Shown here piece by piece: positions 35,637 to 58,775 of a stretch of DNA of 64,000 bases; the stretch's first letter is position 1; every line of letters starts with the position of its first letter. Origin of the DNA: the human T2T-CHM13v2.0 reference genome, Homo sapiens; the NCBI RefSeq assembly GCF_009914755.1, contig NC_060925.1; one strand, written 5' to 3'. The translations under genes were made by a program, and so were the position numbers. The notes beneath the pieces were generated by a model. That model did no database searches and had not been told where the DNA came from. It saw only the letters and a program-made list of their open reading frames with translations.

Positions 35637-36773
35637 TTAGGAAAGAATAAGGCTTACAGGAGCTGAGAACCAGGAATCATGGATGAAAACCAAAATATAT
35701 ATTTTATAATATTGTAATAAATAAAGGAGAAGGGACAGTACTTCCTTATAAAAGAATTCCAATTAATAAAGTGAAGAGAATAAAAGAAATGCAAAATCAC
35801 CATTAGGCAGGTAACACCCACAGATGGATGCTAAAATCAGTGGGTGAGACTTTGAAAAGAAACAGGATAATAGCAAAATGTCAAAATATTTCTCCCTAGA
35901 TTTGGATCAGTTACAAAGGGAAAAACAGTACCTATAAGTAGAGAAACCCAGCAGACCTTGCCATGTGATCAAGGTTACCATAACCAGTAATAAAATTTTT
36001 ATCAACATTATGTACTCCCTAATATGATATACTGAGAAGGACACAGCATCACTTTCTGGTATTCTTGCCAAAAATGTATAACCTCAATCTAAAACATGAG
36101 GAAACTTTAGTCAAACCCAAATTGAGACACGTTCTACAAAATAACTGATCGATATTCACCAGAAGTGTTCTGGTCACAAAAGACAAAAATGAAGACCTGT
36201 CACACTTTAGAAGAAACTAAGGAGACATGGCAACCAGATACAATGTGGGATCCTGAAGGAAAAAGGACAATAAGGAAAAAAACTGGTGAAGTTCTTATCA
36301 AGTCTAGTTTAGTTAATAGTATTATACCCATGTTAATTTCCTGATTTTTGATCACTGAACCGTGGTTATGTAAGAGGAAAATGGATGAATGATATCCATG
36401 AACTCTGTACTGTTCAGCTTTTCTGTAAGTCTTTAAAAATTATTTTGTAAAATATGGACATAGATCATTTTTAGCAGTTATTAACCTGGTTACTTGGATA
36501 AGCCCTGAACCTGAAACATTGCATGTAACAACTCTTTCTTGGTATTAAGCTTTTCTATTGTATAAATGCCCTTTGGATGGCTATTTCAGTAGAATCCAAT
36601 TAAGGTGGAACATAGATGGGAAAGCCAAACAGTGTATTCATGACAGACAATAAAAAATAATAGCAAAATAACTTATTTTTGTTTTCAAGTTTTTACCAGT
36701 ATGGCAGATATTGTACAAAGCATTTTACATATATTATATTATTCAGTCTTAAAAGGATTGCTTGATATATTGA

Positions 36774-38857
<2,084 letters not shown>

Positions 38858-39012
38858 TAACAAGGCATGTCCTGCAAGCCAACTTGTTTCTTTTACTTGG
38901 AGGAATCAGTCTTAGCAGTTATCAGCTCTTTTTGAAACAACAGATTAAGTTTCTTTCTGGAATCTTGTTGGCATCAGGGTTAGAGCTTAGTAAATTTCTA
39001 TGGCTTTCCTAG

Positions 39013-39132
<120 letters not shown>

Positions 39133-39319
39133 TAAATAGTTTCCCTTTCCTTGGTAATGAAACTTTCTTATAGGAAAGAAAAATAAGGCCAGTGTATAAA
39201 TAACCTAGGATGTTGTGCCAGATTTAGATATACTTCAGATGTATCAGGCTATGTATATAGTTTTTATGTGTGAAAAAAATCTTTTTCTTGCTGTACTACT
39301 TGGCTTATTCTCTTCACAG

Positions 39320-39406
39320 CTGGCATCAGTCATCTTGAAACAATATGTGGAGACTCACTGGTGTGCCCAATCAGAGAAATTTAGGCCTCCTGAAACTACA
39401 GAAAGG
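39320..39406 (+). CDS. IPO9: IPO9 exon 3 ([14 protein letters not shown]...TTER), IBN_N domain
   Basis: cacag / GTAAGT. Confidence 0.95.
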
Positions 39407-39789
39407 GTAAGTCAGTTACTTGATTAGTCTACCTGAGGAGATTTGAGGGTCCATTTTAAGAGATTAGACTATAACATTCTTTGACAGCATGGAGCAATCA
39501 AAAGACTAGGCAGAAAAGGAGATTGGTGGCTGGCATTGCGGGCATAGGGCTATACATTAAAGAGCTCAAGTATCAGGCTGGTCTGTGTTCAAATTCCAGT
39601 TTTGCTTTTTACAAGCTATGAGATCATTGGAAATGTAGTTAACACCTAAGCCTCAATTTCCTAAATCTCCAAAGTGAGAATAAAAATACCAACTAAGGGT
39701 TTAAGAATTAAATGAAATAACATTTGTACTTAGTGCAGTACTGTGCAGTCATCCTGAGTCCCCAAGAAATTTTGAGGTATAAGGTCTGG

Positions 39790-39985
39790 AGGAATGTTTT
39801 CCACTGGAGCTTTATGCAATTATGGAAATATTCTGTGTCTGTGCTGCCTAAAACAATAGCTACTAGCTGCATATGGCTGTTGAGCACTTAAAATGGGGCT
39901 AGTGCAACTGAGGAACTGAATTTTAAATTTTTTAAAATGTTAATAGCTATGTATAGCTAGTGGCTACTGTAATGGACTGCATAAG
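39790..39985. mobile_element. MER3-like hAT-Charlie
   Basis: ATGGAAATATTCTG...GGCTGTTGAGCACTTAAAATG...GCAACTGAGGAACTGAATTTT. Confidence 0.75.
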
Positions 39986-40136
39986 TTTAGAGATCACAGA
40001 TGAACCCTCCAAATGAATTGTCAAGTTTGTGTATAGGAGTTTTCTGTAGACATGCAGTACCTTGTACTCATTGTTTTTCCAACACAGTTCCCAATTGAAC
40101 TGGGCTCTGCCAGTCACTTTTAACCTGATCTAATAG

Positions 40137-40466
<330 letters not shown>

Positions 40467-42779
40467 TGATGTTATTCCTCCCTCCTAGTTTTTATCTCTC
40501 CATCTACCCTCCAGCTCTATTGTTTTTTTCTAGGGAATTAAGTTTGTATAGTATTACTTCTACTCCCAAACCTACCACTTACAGATACAGTATTAGCATA
40601 GTGATGGAGTATTCAGATTTTGGATTTTTGTAGTGGCTTCACCTTGATCCTTCACTTACCTTCTTTGAGCCTGAGTTTCCTTTTATATAAAATTAAGATG
40701 ATAGTAGTGTCTGCATCAAAGGAGCTTTTGGTATAGTTTAAATGTTAGCTAATCTATCTTTATTGACTTGTTCAGTAAAGTTTAGTTACTATGATTATCA
40801 TTATTACTATATATTATTTGTCCACTTAGTTCAACCAAGGCAAAGTTAAGAATTGTAAAATGGATTTTTATAGAAGTATTTAAAAAGAAGATAAAAACAG
40901 TATAGCCATGTAATCCTGACCTTCATTTAGCCAGTTAGAGAATATGTAGTCTCAGTATCTTTTCCTTCTCTCTGTTCTGAGAAGTTGATAAAAATACTTC
41001 AACTTTTAGTTCAAAGAGATTTGATGGATATCTCTTCTAAACCTGATTAAGCTATCAATCCCTCCCAGAATCTGCTTTCATATATCCTTAGGGATGGCCT
41101 GAGTTTCCCAGTCCTTTGCAAGTTCCTCCCTGCTTCTTATTCCCTAAATGAAGTCACTACTCTGTTTTGCCTTCAAGAAATTCTTACCTGGACTTTAGTC
41201 ATCCTGTACTGATCCTTTAGAAATCATCTTTCTCCTTTGTTCATATAGGTTTGTAGAAGTCCCACCAATATCTTATCTCTTTTTCTATGACCTGCTAGCT
41301 TACCTGATATGTATTCTTGCCTAGTTGTGAATGCCAATTCTATTCTTTCTCAATCTCAGTTTACTGAACTTGGCACATAGGCCCAATTTTGCTAGTCCAT
41401 GTGATGTTAATGGTAGATAATATCAACTCTTTGTCAAATGCAAATCTTTCTTCTCCTTTTGTTTCAAAATGACCTCTTCTCAGACCCCAGCTGCCTTTTT
41501 GAATTACCCACTATATTCGTATTGATTGCCTGTGACAAAGCTTCAGTTTTTAGCTCAGATACCGAACAGACTTACCAAAAAGATCAGAATGTTCCTTGCT
41601 CAGATTTTGACTTCTCTGCTTATTGCCCTTTCTTCTGCTTAATGACTCATTCATTATTCAGGTGATTTCACACACCCCTCTGCATGGAATTGGCCTTTTA
41701 GGATTCTTTATTCACCACTTCATAGTGCCAGGATATCAATTAACAGATACATGTTCTACCAAGGAAAGGAAGCCTGTTCCCTCTCAGTCTTCCAAGATGA
41801 AATTCAGGTTCTTTTGACAAACCTAGAGAGAAAGGTTTTGTACATTTATCTTGATTTGGATGCTGAAGAGCTCTTATTGTGTTTGACTAAGGAAATTACT
41901 GTTCAGTGAGATCACTTTTCTGCCAGCCACAGGGAAAGAACTGTTGGGGGAAATTTGTCTCCTTTTGTAATGGAGTCACCAGACATGGAGTGGCTAGCAG
42001 CCAAGCCCCATTCCCAAATACTTGCTCCAAATATTTTCAAACGAGAGTAGACTGTACTCTGACAACAAAAACTTAGGCATGCATGAAGATAGCAGGACAT
42101 TGGTGGTTGGACAGAGGCCCATTAGGAGAATGGGACTGATTCTTTTCAGAGTTTTTCAAGATACTATACCAGTTTCCCTTTAATGAGGCTTCCTATTAAA
42201 CTTATCTATTTATAGATGAGAACCAACTAAGGCTCATGGTGTAAAGGAAATGCAAATATAGCAGCTAAGGATTAGAAGATTTGATCCACCAGATACAGCT
42301 TTTTCTTCGTTCTCAAAGAAGTTTGGAGATTGAGATGTTGCTGGAGTCCTAGAATTTTTCTGACTTGCTGAATCACCTCAGAAAACTTTTGGAATTAAAC
42401 CTATAAAGTATTAATAAATTGATACCAGGGATGAGTATAGGAGAGTAAAAAGCAGTCAAGCACTTTATTAGCAGAATTAAATTATACTGTATTTTTCATA
42501 AAACTTGTTATTATGCCATCTATCATATTTGTTTGGACTAATTTCCTTGAATTTCTAAATAAAATAGAACACTCACCATTCAAAGCTCAGACTTTATCCT
42601 TGAGGAGGAAATTACAGCTGTAAAGAAAATTCAACCTTGAGTATTTGATCTTCATTTGACTCGTGGGGATTGATATTGTTCAAAATTGTGGAGTACCTTA
42701 ATCTTGAAAATGCCAGCTTGCGTTTGTAGCTGTGTATCTTCCCCCAAAATGTCCCAAGTGGTTAGCTTTATTTTTAGTT

Positions 42780-43085
42780 TTATTTATTTATTTATTTATT
42801 TGAGACATGGTCTCACTCTGTCACCCAGGCTCAGGTACAGTGGCACTGTTGTAGCTCACTGTAACCTTGACCTCCTGGGCTCAAGCGAGCCTCCTGCCTC
42901 AGCATCCTAAGTAGCTGGGACTGCAGACACATGCCACCACATGCAGCTTTTTTTTTTTTTTTTTTTAAATGTACTGGCAGATCTTGCTATGTTCAAGCTG
43001 GTCTTGAACTCCTGGCCTCAAGTGATCCTCCTGCCTCAACCTCCCAAAGCTCTGGGATTACAGGTATAAGCCACTGTTCCCGGCC
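42780..43085 (-). mobile_element. Antisense AluJ-like
   Basis: Alu consensus. Confidence 0.88.
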
Positions 43086-43736
43086 CATATGTCCATTTCT
43101 ATAGTGATAACGTGGAAAAGCATCAGGTAAAGTGGATAGTTACTGGAACTCAAGAGCTTTATTCTGCTGCTTTGTAACATGAATCCAGGGTCCTTTGTGC
43201 TGTCTCAGTGCCTTGTGTGTGGTGTATTTGGTTTTTTTTTTTTTGAGACGTGAAGGGAAAGATACGACCCATATTTCCGTCACCTTCGAGTCTCATTCTG
43301 TGTATAGGTTGCTTTTTGTCACATTTATATAGAAAATTCCCATTTGTTCCAGTTAGCAGCAGCCTCTGACTTTTAGGTCAATAAAATCTGAGAAGAGTAA
43401 CATATACAAAGAGGAGTTGAGGCCTAGTAAGTCTGTACATATTTTATTACATGCATCAAACCAGCTTGCCAAGCGAAAGTACTGAAAACAGAAGCAAAGG
43501 TAAGAAACCTCGAAGTGTAACTGAATGTTGACAGATGGGCACAAGATAAATTAATACAGAATTTTCCCAAGTTGACCTCACAAGGACTTTTATGCAGTTC
43601 TATTACAGATTTTCTTTCAGTATTTATATTAAAGTTTTCTTTTTTAATCTCTTGTATTTTTCTTTATTTCCATATTATTCTTTCTCCTTCTAACAAATAA
43701 TCAGTAACTCTTGCTACTTTTGCTTTCACAGAATGA

Positions 43737-43964
<228 letters not shown>

Positions 43965-44767
43965 TGAAATCTCAGCTCCAAGATTATAGTGAGTTCAGGC
44001 TCTCTTCAGCCCCCAGCCTTTCAGGTGGGAGATTATGGTGTTTGCAACTGATCTCAATACCTAAAAACTAGAACTGACAAAGATCTGGATCTGAATCTGC
44101 ATTAACCTTAGACCTTTCACTCAACTACAAGGGCAAGCCTTTGATAAAAGTGTGAAATAGCTGAAATATTTCTTCACATATCGTACTTCCTGGCATCCAG
44201 TAGCCCCTAAGTAGATAAATAGTGCCTTCCTTCATGCTACTTCCAGCCTCTTACTGAGTTATCCCACCTACGCTTGCCTACCTCAGCTAAGTAATGGGAA
44301 GCAATCTATCACTGCATTGCACATAATAGACCCTTAATATATTGCATATATATTTGATTAGTGTGTATATGAATGATAACTCATTTATAGTAAGGTATAA
44401 ATACCTGATGGATAATGTTTTAACTTCCCTATTCCCCTCTGCCCCCAACCAATGGTCTGCATTTTAAAGGAAATATATTGGCTGTGTTGGGATTTTAAGC
44501 ACTACCTAGTCTGGTATTTTTTAATCAAATGAACCCACAGAGGCCCTTATATAAGGTTCATTCCAGTAAGTTCCAACATTATGATTCTGCTACCTTTCAT
44601 TCTCTGAATTACAGAAGTCTGCCTCCTGGACATAAATGAATTACATTTCCCATTTCTCGAGGGCATCCAATCTCATGTGAGGATTCATTAGTCATAGTTT
44701 TACTTCTAGTCTGAGATACACACATACCTACACACTCCAGTCTCGTGGCTATGCTGTTATGCTGTAA

Positions 44768-44887
<120 letters not shown>

Positions 44888-44999
44888 TAACAGACTTCAT
44901 GCTTAAAAGTTTTATTCATGCAGAGCAGTGAGTCATTTCATGATAGCAGCACGAAAAAGCACACTAACCAGTATTAGAGATAGATTTAACATTTTTATT

Positions 45000-45945
<946 letters not shown>

Positions 45946-46231
45946 TGAATTTTCAACTTGTAAAAAGCTTAGTCTTCTTTTGAGTCTTACTTCTTCAAAC
46001 ACCTTATCCTATATCCTTTTCATAGTAGTCATCCCTTAGAACTTTCCTACTCTTTTATGGCCCTCTTGTGTGAAGCAAAGCTAGCTGAAAAATACCAATC
46101 CCTGTGATTCAGAAGCAGTTAGGAGGAAAGTTGGTCTTACATAATAGTTTTTAAGAGGGCTTTGATGAAGAACTGCAAGTGCTGGTTAAGGAAAAATGAA
46201 ATCTTAGGTAACACCTTCATTGACTTTATAG

Positions 46232-46501
<270 letters not shown>

Positions 46502-46591
46502 TGAAATATTTGGAGTTTGAGGGGCTGGTCTGAAATCATTTATTTCTTATATATCACTCATAACTTGGGTCCTTTTCTCTTAACTTCTTAG

Positions 46592-46892
<301 letters not shown>

Positions 46893-46951
46893 TTATGTGA
46901 GGACAGAAGTAAATTACACAGAAGAAGTAGAAGATCCTGTGGATTCTGATG
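46893..46951 (+). CDS. IPO9: IPO9 exon 9 (YVRTEVNYTEEVEDPVDSD)
   Basis: AC acceptor / GTATGT donor. Confidence 0.93.
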
Positions 46952-47451
46952 GTATGTAGTTTATTTGATCTTTATAGAAATACCAGTTAGTGGGAAAAGA
47001 AAAAGAAGCCAGAGATGGGGGCGGGAAACAATAACTTGAGAGGCTTCACTCTATTAAGTGTTTTCTAATTCAGTTTATTTTCGATGTATTCGATGTGGGG
47101 AAATGAGAATTGACAATCTTTAATCTGTTCCACATAGGTAGTTGCATAAATCTCATAAAATCATAGAATTTCTGCATTGGAAGAGATACTTTTAAGGCCA
47201 TTTAATCTAGCCTACTTCTGGCATTTTGTTGTGTTTCATTTGGGGGTCCCAGATCATGAATCTTTCGTTTCTGTTTTAACATTTCTCATTATTTCAGATT
47301 AGAACAATAGACATACTGGAAAATATATCCAGTGTTTCTGATTCTTTTACTTGAAAAACCAAAGAATATTTAATATCCTCAAAATTACGTTTTGTGACCT
47401 CTGAGCCCTCTCTCCCAATTCCTCAGGAATGATCATTAGCAAGTACTTTAA

Positions 47452-47715
<264 letters not shown>

Positions 47716-48429
47716 TGAGAGACAGTTACCATCTTGTATTTGGAAAGTGCAACTTGAAGAATATGAGGTCTTGGTCAGGTGAACACTTTATTTCTAAAAA
47801 TAGACACAAAAAGAATAATTTCATGTGAAGTTCTGGGAAAGGTTTGACATCATTTTATTGCCAAATCCAAGGTTTTGGAGTTCACCACCATACCTGGCTT
47901 TTTTTTTTTTTTTTTTTCCCAGCAAAGTACTATACTATGTTGCCCAGGCTAGTAGTCTCTAACTCCTGGGCTCAAGCAATCCACCCACCTTGGCCTCTCA
48001 AAGTGCTGGGATTACAGGCATGAGTGACTGTGCCTGGCCCACTTTTGCCATTAGAAAATCTCACAGGACCACTAACCTAAGACACTGATTTTTAGGAGAA
48101 TCTGTTCCTTCCCTAAAGTAAAATGTAATAATCAGACCATTAGCCTGATGGTGGGTCATCAAAAGCAGCAAAGAACGTTCAAAAATTAGATAACGCCTCG
48201 TTTAAAACAGCACAAGAATTGACATAATTTTCACAATAAATAGTCTATCAGACTTAATCTATTCAGAAAATCGATCTATCAAAGGGTAACAGCAGGTTGA
48301 CATTGGCAGAGAGCTAGTAATCAGCCAGATTCTAAAAGAGAGCAATAGCCATTGCTACCTACCTTGCTACTTAATAGTATTTATTTCTCTGCATCAAAAA
48401 GAAAAGATTTTTTTAAGCTAGAGTTTTTG

Positions 48430-48755
48430 TTTCAGTTTTTGTTGTTGTTGTTGTTTTGTTTTGTTTGCTTTTTGGGACAGGGTCTTGCTGTTTTGCTCAG
48501 GCTGGAGTGCAGTGGTGTAGACAAAGCTCACGGCAGCCTTGACCTCCCAGGCTCAAGCCATCCTCCTGCCTCAGCCTCCCGAGTAGCTGAGACCACAGGC
48601 ATATGCCACCATGCCCAGTTGACTTTTTTATTTTTTGTAGAGGTGGGGTCTCACTATGTTGCCCAGGCTGGTCTCAAACTCCTGGGCTCAAGCAGTCCTC
48701 CCACCTTGGCCTCCCAAAGTGTCAGGATTACAGTTGTGAGCCATTGCATCCAGCA
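48430..48755 (-). mobile_element. Antisense AluJ-like (plus a partial Alu ~47880-48040)
   Basis: Alu consensus. Confidence 0.9.
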
Positions 48756-48855
48756 AAAGGCTAGAGTTTTTTCAGGATAATAGGTTGAAATCTTCCTGTA
48801 TCTGTTGATGAAAAGCTATGAATCAGATTGGCAGCATCACAAAGACATAACTTGA

Positions 48856-48975
<120 letters not shown>

Positions 48976-49282
48976 TGATACTTCAGCCACATAATTTCTA
49001 TCAGTCACTTGAGCATTTCTTCTTTTTTGTAGACAACTAATCCAAGGTGAGCAGTGTTGTTGGGTGGCTTTATCTCAGACTTTATTGGGGATGCAAGAGA
49101 GTTTCTGAAATGAAATTCGAGACTCAGAAATTCTAAAATCATTGCTACTGGTTCTAACTTAAAACTAAATATTAGATAAAAGAATTGTGCAGACCATAGG
49201 GCCGGGGTGCGGGGGAGAATTGTATAGAGGATAAAGTGTTCCATGGAGTAAGGGTAGTTGAATCAAGAACATTTCAGTTTAT

Positions 49283-49589
<307 letters not shown>

Positions 49590-50213
49590 TTAATTCACTC
49601 TTCAACAAGAATCTATAGCACAGACAAAAGGTTGGCAAACCTAGCAAAACAAAACAGATTGCTGAAAGATTAACATCCAAATACCTGCTCATGTTTTCTT
49701 TGCCTCTTCTGACTAGAGCATAGAGTTGTCTCTAGGCTGAAATACTAAGAAGAAACTGCCACTTGCTTCTTGTTGGGTAGGAGATTTGTTCTCTGTTGAT
49801 GAATCACTTCTCATTATCATTTAGTATTTCTAAGGAGCTGTGAAAGATTATATTCAGTTCCAATTAGTAGATTAGACTTATTTTTCTATCATCAGTCTCC
49901 AAGAGAGCAAATATTTGGTCCATTGTCATCCAAAGCTAGATCTATTATTGCTCACTTATGCTCTGCTGAATATAGCCAAAGGAGCCAACTGGTTAGCCTT
50001 ACAATGCCTAGGCACTACCGAAATACAGATACTACTTTAATTTCATTAGAGACCCTGACCTACTGGTATAACATTTTTAATACAATTAGGGGTTTGCACA
50101 TGTATGTGAAAGAGCTTGAACCAATCACTTCTAACAGTCATGACTGAAGCGGTTTACAATTAAAATGCATTTAATGGGCACAAACAGATTTATTAGCTCT
50201 TCTCTCTCTATAG

Positions 50214-50321
<108 letters not shown>

Positions 50322-50601
50322 TAAGAGTGAGCCGCTAATTGGTTAAGATGCTTTTGTTTACCCCTTCTTAAAAAGTCTTGAAAGGATGGATTTATTTTTA
50401 TCTTAATTTGAAAATCTGGTTTTAATTTAATAACAGATTTTAATCTCTTATTATTAAAATTTCACTCTTTTCAGCTATAGGTTAGAATGGAAGGGCTTAA
50501 GGTAAATGACTCTTTTGGAAGAGATTGTGCTGGAGTGCCCTTTTCTGAATCTTGTTTCCTCAAATATTTATCTCTTTTGGCAGTTTAGTATGTTTTACTA
50601 G

Positions 50602-50787
<186 letters not shown>

Positions 50788-50807
50788 TAGAAACTCTTTA
50801 AACCTGT

Positions 50808-50973
50808 TGTGGGGTTGGGGGAGGGATCAGCATTAGGAGATATACCTGATGTAAGTGACAAGTTAATGGGTGCAGCACACCAACATGGCACATGTATACA
50901 TATGTAACCTGCACATTGTGTACATGTACCCTAGAACTCAAAGTATAATAAATATATATATATATATATAAAG
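50808..50973 (+). mobile_element. 5'-truncated primate L1PA 3' end with a (TA)n tail
   Basis: GGGTGCAGCACACCAACATGGCACATGTATACATATGTAAC; 18-bp TSD GAAACTCTTTAAACCTGT (50790-50807, 50974-50991). Confidence 0.93.
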
Positions 50974-51440
50974 GAAACTCTTTAAACCTGTCATTAACTT
51001 GGTTATATTGTTCACTTAGACTGGTAGGCCAGATATTCTTGTGTCCTTTGAGTGAAAATTGTTTGCACCCTACAGCTTGAACTCATCCGAACCTCTAAAA
51101 CAGCCCAGAGGCCGATTCAAGCTTCACCTAATGACAATCTAATATTGCCTAGTTCATAATTCTTCCGTGATGTTTATGTTTCTTCCCAAATTGGCGTTCC
51201 CATTCATGGTTGTTTTTGGCATTTGAATGGAATCCAAATCTGGTTGCTGTACCTTGAGAATTATCGAGTACTGCTCCCATTGTTAAGTCCAGAATGCCCT
51301 CAGGCATTCTGTATCAGGCACATTCTTCCTGTTTGTTTCCTGTCATTTTTCTCAAACTTTATTTTTGGCCAATATCCAAATAATTAAAACGTTCCATTCT
51401 CATACCCATGTTAGCCATCTGTCTTAAAAAGAAAAAAGTA

Positions 51441-55371
<3,931 letters not shown>

Positions 55372-56902
55372 TGAGTATGCTACCCTAGCGTGATAATTAA
55401 GGGAAAGTTGCTCAGGTTAGATATAACAAATCACAGTTTTCCAGTGTATTATGTTGCTTGGAAATCCCTGCTAATGATATCCTTCAGGGTGAATGTTGGA
55501 AGGACAGGGAAAGAAACCATGCTAGAGACATGGCTTTTGTGAGTCCAGAAGATGTCCTGTTCCTTTCTGCTCCTCTTCCTCTTTAAATTCGCTCCAGTTC
55601 TGGAATCATCTAGGCAACTCCCTTTCTCTCAATGGTGAAGAACCTGAGGTTTGGAGAGAAAAATGTTTTGCACAGGGTTGCACAATTGATGAATGATAGA
55701 AGCAGGATTAGAGTCCACATCATTTTGTTGGTTGATTATATTAGAAACCAAATCTGGGATAATGTGACCTAGAAACACTGCTTATTTTTTCCCAGTTTTA
55801 CCTCTTTTTTAAGGCTAGTGTTACTAATGGATCAAAAGTCATTTATTTATATTCCTACGCAGACTAGAAGGACCATTGTTGTTTTAAGGAATATCTTAGG
55901 CTCAAACTTAAACATCTCAACTGAATCCTATAACTACCAACACAAAATTTATTTTCCATGTGCCTGCCCTGTCTTATCTTTTGAGGCAGAGGAGTATCTT
56001 TTGAGATGCCGTGTGTTATATGTCATTAGAAAGCATTCAAGAACTGCCTGTTTTAATTAAATGGTTAATGTTATGACCATAAACACCGTCCCATCTTTTT
56101 CTGCTTCAATCTAGGTGAAGCAGATCTTTGGCTCTAAAATAATTAGAAGTATCATCTTAAGAGGCAAACTAAGTATAGCTTTTTCAGAAAGCTCTAACAC
56201 CATTTTAAATGTCTGAGAAGAGAGAGCCCTAAGCTGCTTAAGGCATGAATGTTATTTTAAGGGTTTTTCTGAGTTTGTACCTGTGGTCACTGCCTGTTTA
56301 GCTTCTGACCTTAGTGAAACTTGATTTCATTGGAGAATTATCCACTTTGTGTTGTGATTTTATGGAAATGTTTGCAGCTGCAAGCTGTGAGAGGAGTTTG
56401 GTATGAATGTGAAAGTACTTTGGGTAAAATAAGCCCATTACTTTCCAGAGTGTTTTAGGTAGACAGCAGTACCTATCAGGCATACTTACCAACATTGATT
56501 CTCTCTGGGGGAGATTAGAGTACAAAGAACTTTCATTCTCTGTTATATATATAAAATATTTTGTTTGTTTGTTTGTTTCAACAAGTTTATATTACTTTTA
56601 TAATCAGAAGAACTGTGAAGAAAACTTTTATTTTTAATGTTCATATCTCTTGGACCACATGGGTAGTGGTTTAATAGTTTTCTTGAGAGATGTAACAGAT
56701 ATCTCTGTAGGATGACAAAAGCTGTGGATATGTGGGCCAGAGAAATGGACACTCATATATGTTTACAAAATTTTATATTCATTGTCAAACACTGGATTCC
56801 TTGAAGCCTATCTGTGGATCCCGATTAAGAACTGTCCTATGAATGGATCATTAGCTATCTTTCTTTCAGTCAAGAGTTTCCCTTTGGTCATTTCCTATTT
56901 AG

Positions 56903-57372
<470 letters not shown>

Positions 57373-57477
57373 TAGTTTATGTATCATTGCAAACTCCCTT
57401 AAATAATCTCTGAAACAAGATACTGATTGACAAATAATTATACTTGTTTCACATTTTTCAACTCAAATTTATGTCAG

Positions 57478-58140
57478 ACTGTATTCGCCTCATTTCAATC
57501 AACAAATATTTACTGAATGTTGCTTATCATGTCCAATATGATACAGTTGTTAAAAATACATTGTCTAGGACCAGACACGGTGGCTCACACCTGTGATCCC
57601 AGCACTTTGGGGGGCCAAGGCAAGTGGATCACCTGAGGTCAGGAGTTCGCTCCATTTCCCACTTCTATTCTAAGGGTTTATAGTTACTTTGCCCCTCTAA
57701 TGAACTTGAAACTGTACCGTATGGTAGATTACAGAGTTTGCATCATCTATCTACATCATGCTGGATCTTAAATGCCATGCTGAAAGAGGTTGGACTTTAT
57801 TTTGGAAGTCGGTGTTTCTTTAACTTGTGTTACTCCTAACACCTAATCTTCTCTTTACCCTGAAGTCTCCAGGGGAAACTGATGTCCCACGAAAATATTA
57901 TATATATATCCTGTGGCTTCCTATACTGCCTGACATAATATGACTTTCTTCTGAAGTACCTCTGTCTCAAGTTCGAAGAGAACAACTGGGCCACCTGCCT
58001 TGGCCCCCCAAAGTGCTGGGATCACAGGTGTGAGCCACCATGCCTGGTCCTAGACAATGTATTTTTAACAATTGTATCATATTGGACATGATAAGCAACA
58101 TTCAGTAAATATTTGTTGATTGAAAAGAGGCTAATACAGT
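57478..58140. repeat. Inverted repeat with 150-bp arms (57478-57627 / 57991-58140) and a 363-bp spacer
   Basis: Manual reverse-complement alignment: 6 mismatches, no gaps. Confidence 0.95.
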
Positions 58141-58433
58141 AAAACTATAGAGGGAACTTTAAATCCTACAGCTAATAGGCTGATTTTGAAAGTGAAACAT
58201 AAAATGTTTATATAAATTAAGCTTGTTTCAGGATGCAAAAAAAAAAAAACCTCAAGAAAAAAAGCAGAAGTTTTTAAAGAAAATAGCAAAAGTCAAAGAA
58301 ATAAATTACAGAACATAGAAATGGTGGTGTTGATGTTTATATAATACATCCAGAAAGAAGTAGAAACTTAAACCTAACTTTAGAATTAGCTTTATAAAGC
58401 TACACATACAAATGCTATAATATGTGAGATTGA

Positions 58434-58775
<342 letters not shown>

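Noticed and set aside
51290-51311. 9-bp perfect hairpin CAGAATGCC-CTCA-GGCATTCTG
   Set aside because: An isolated short stem, expected by chance in 64 kb
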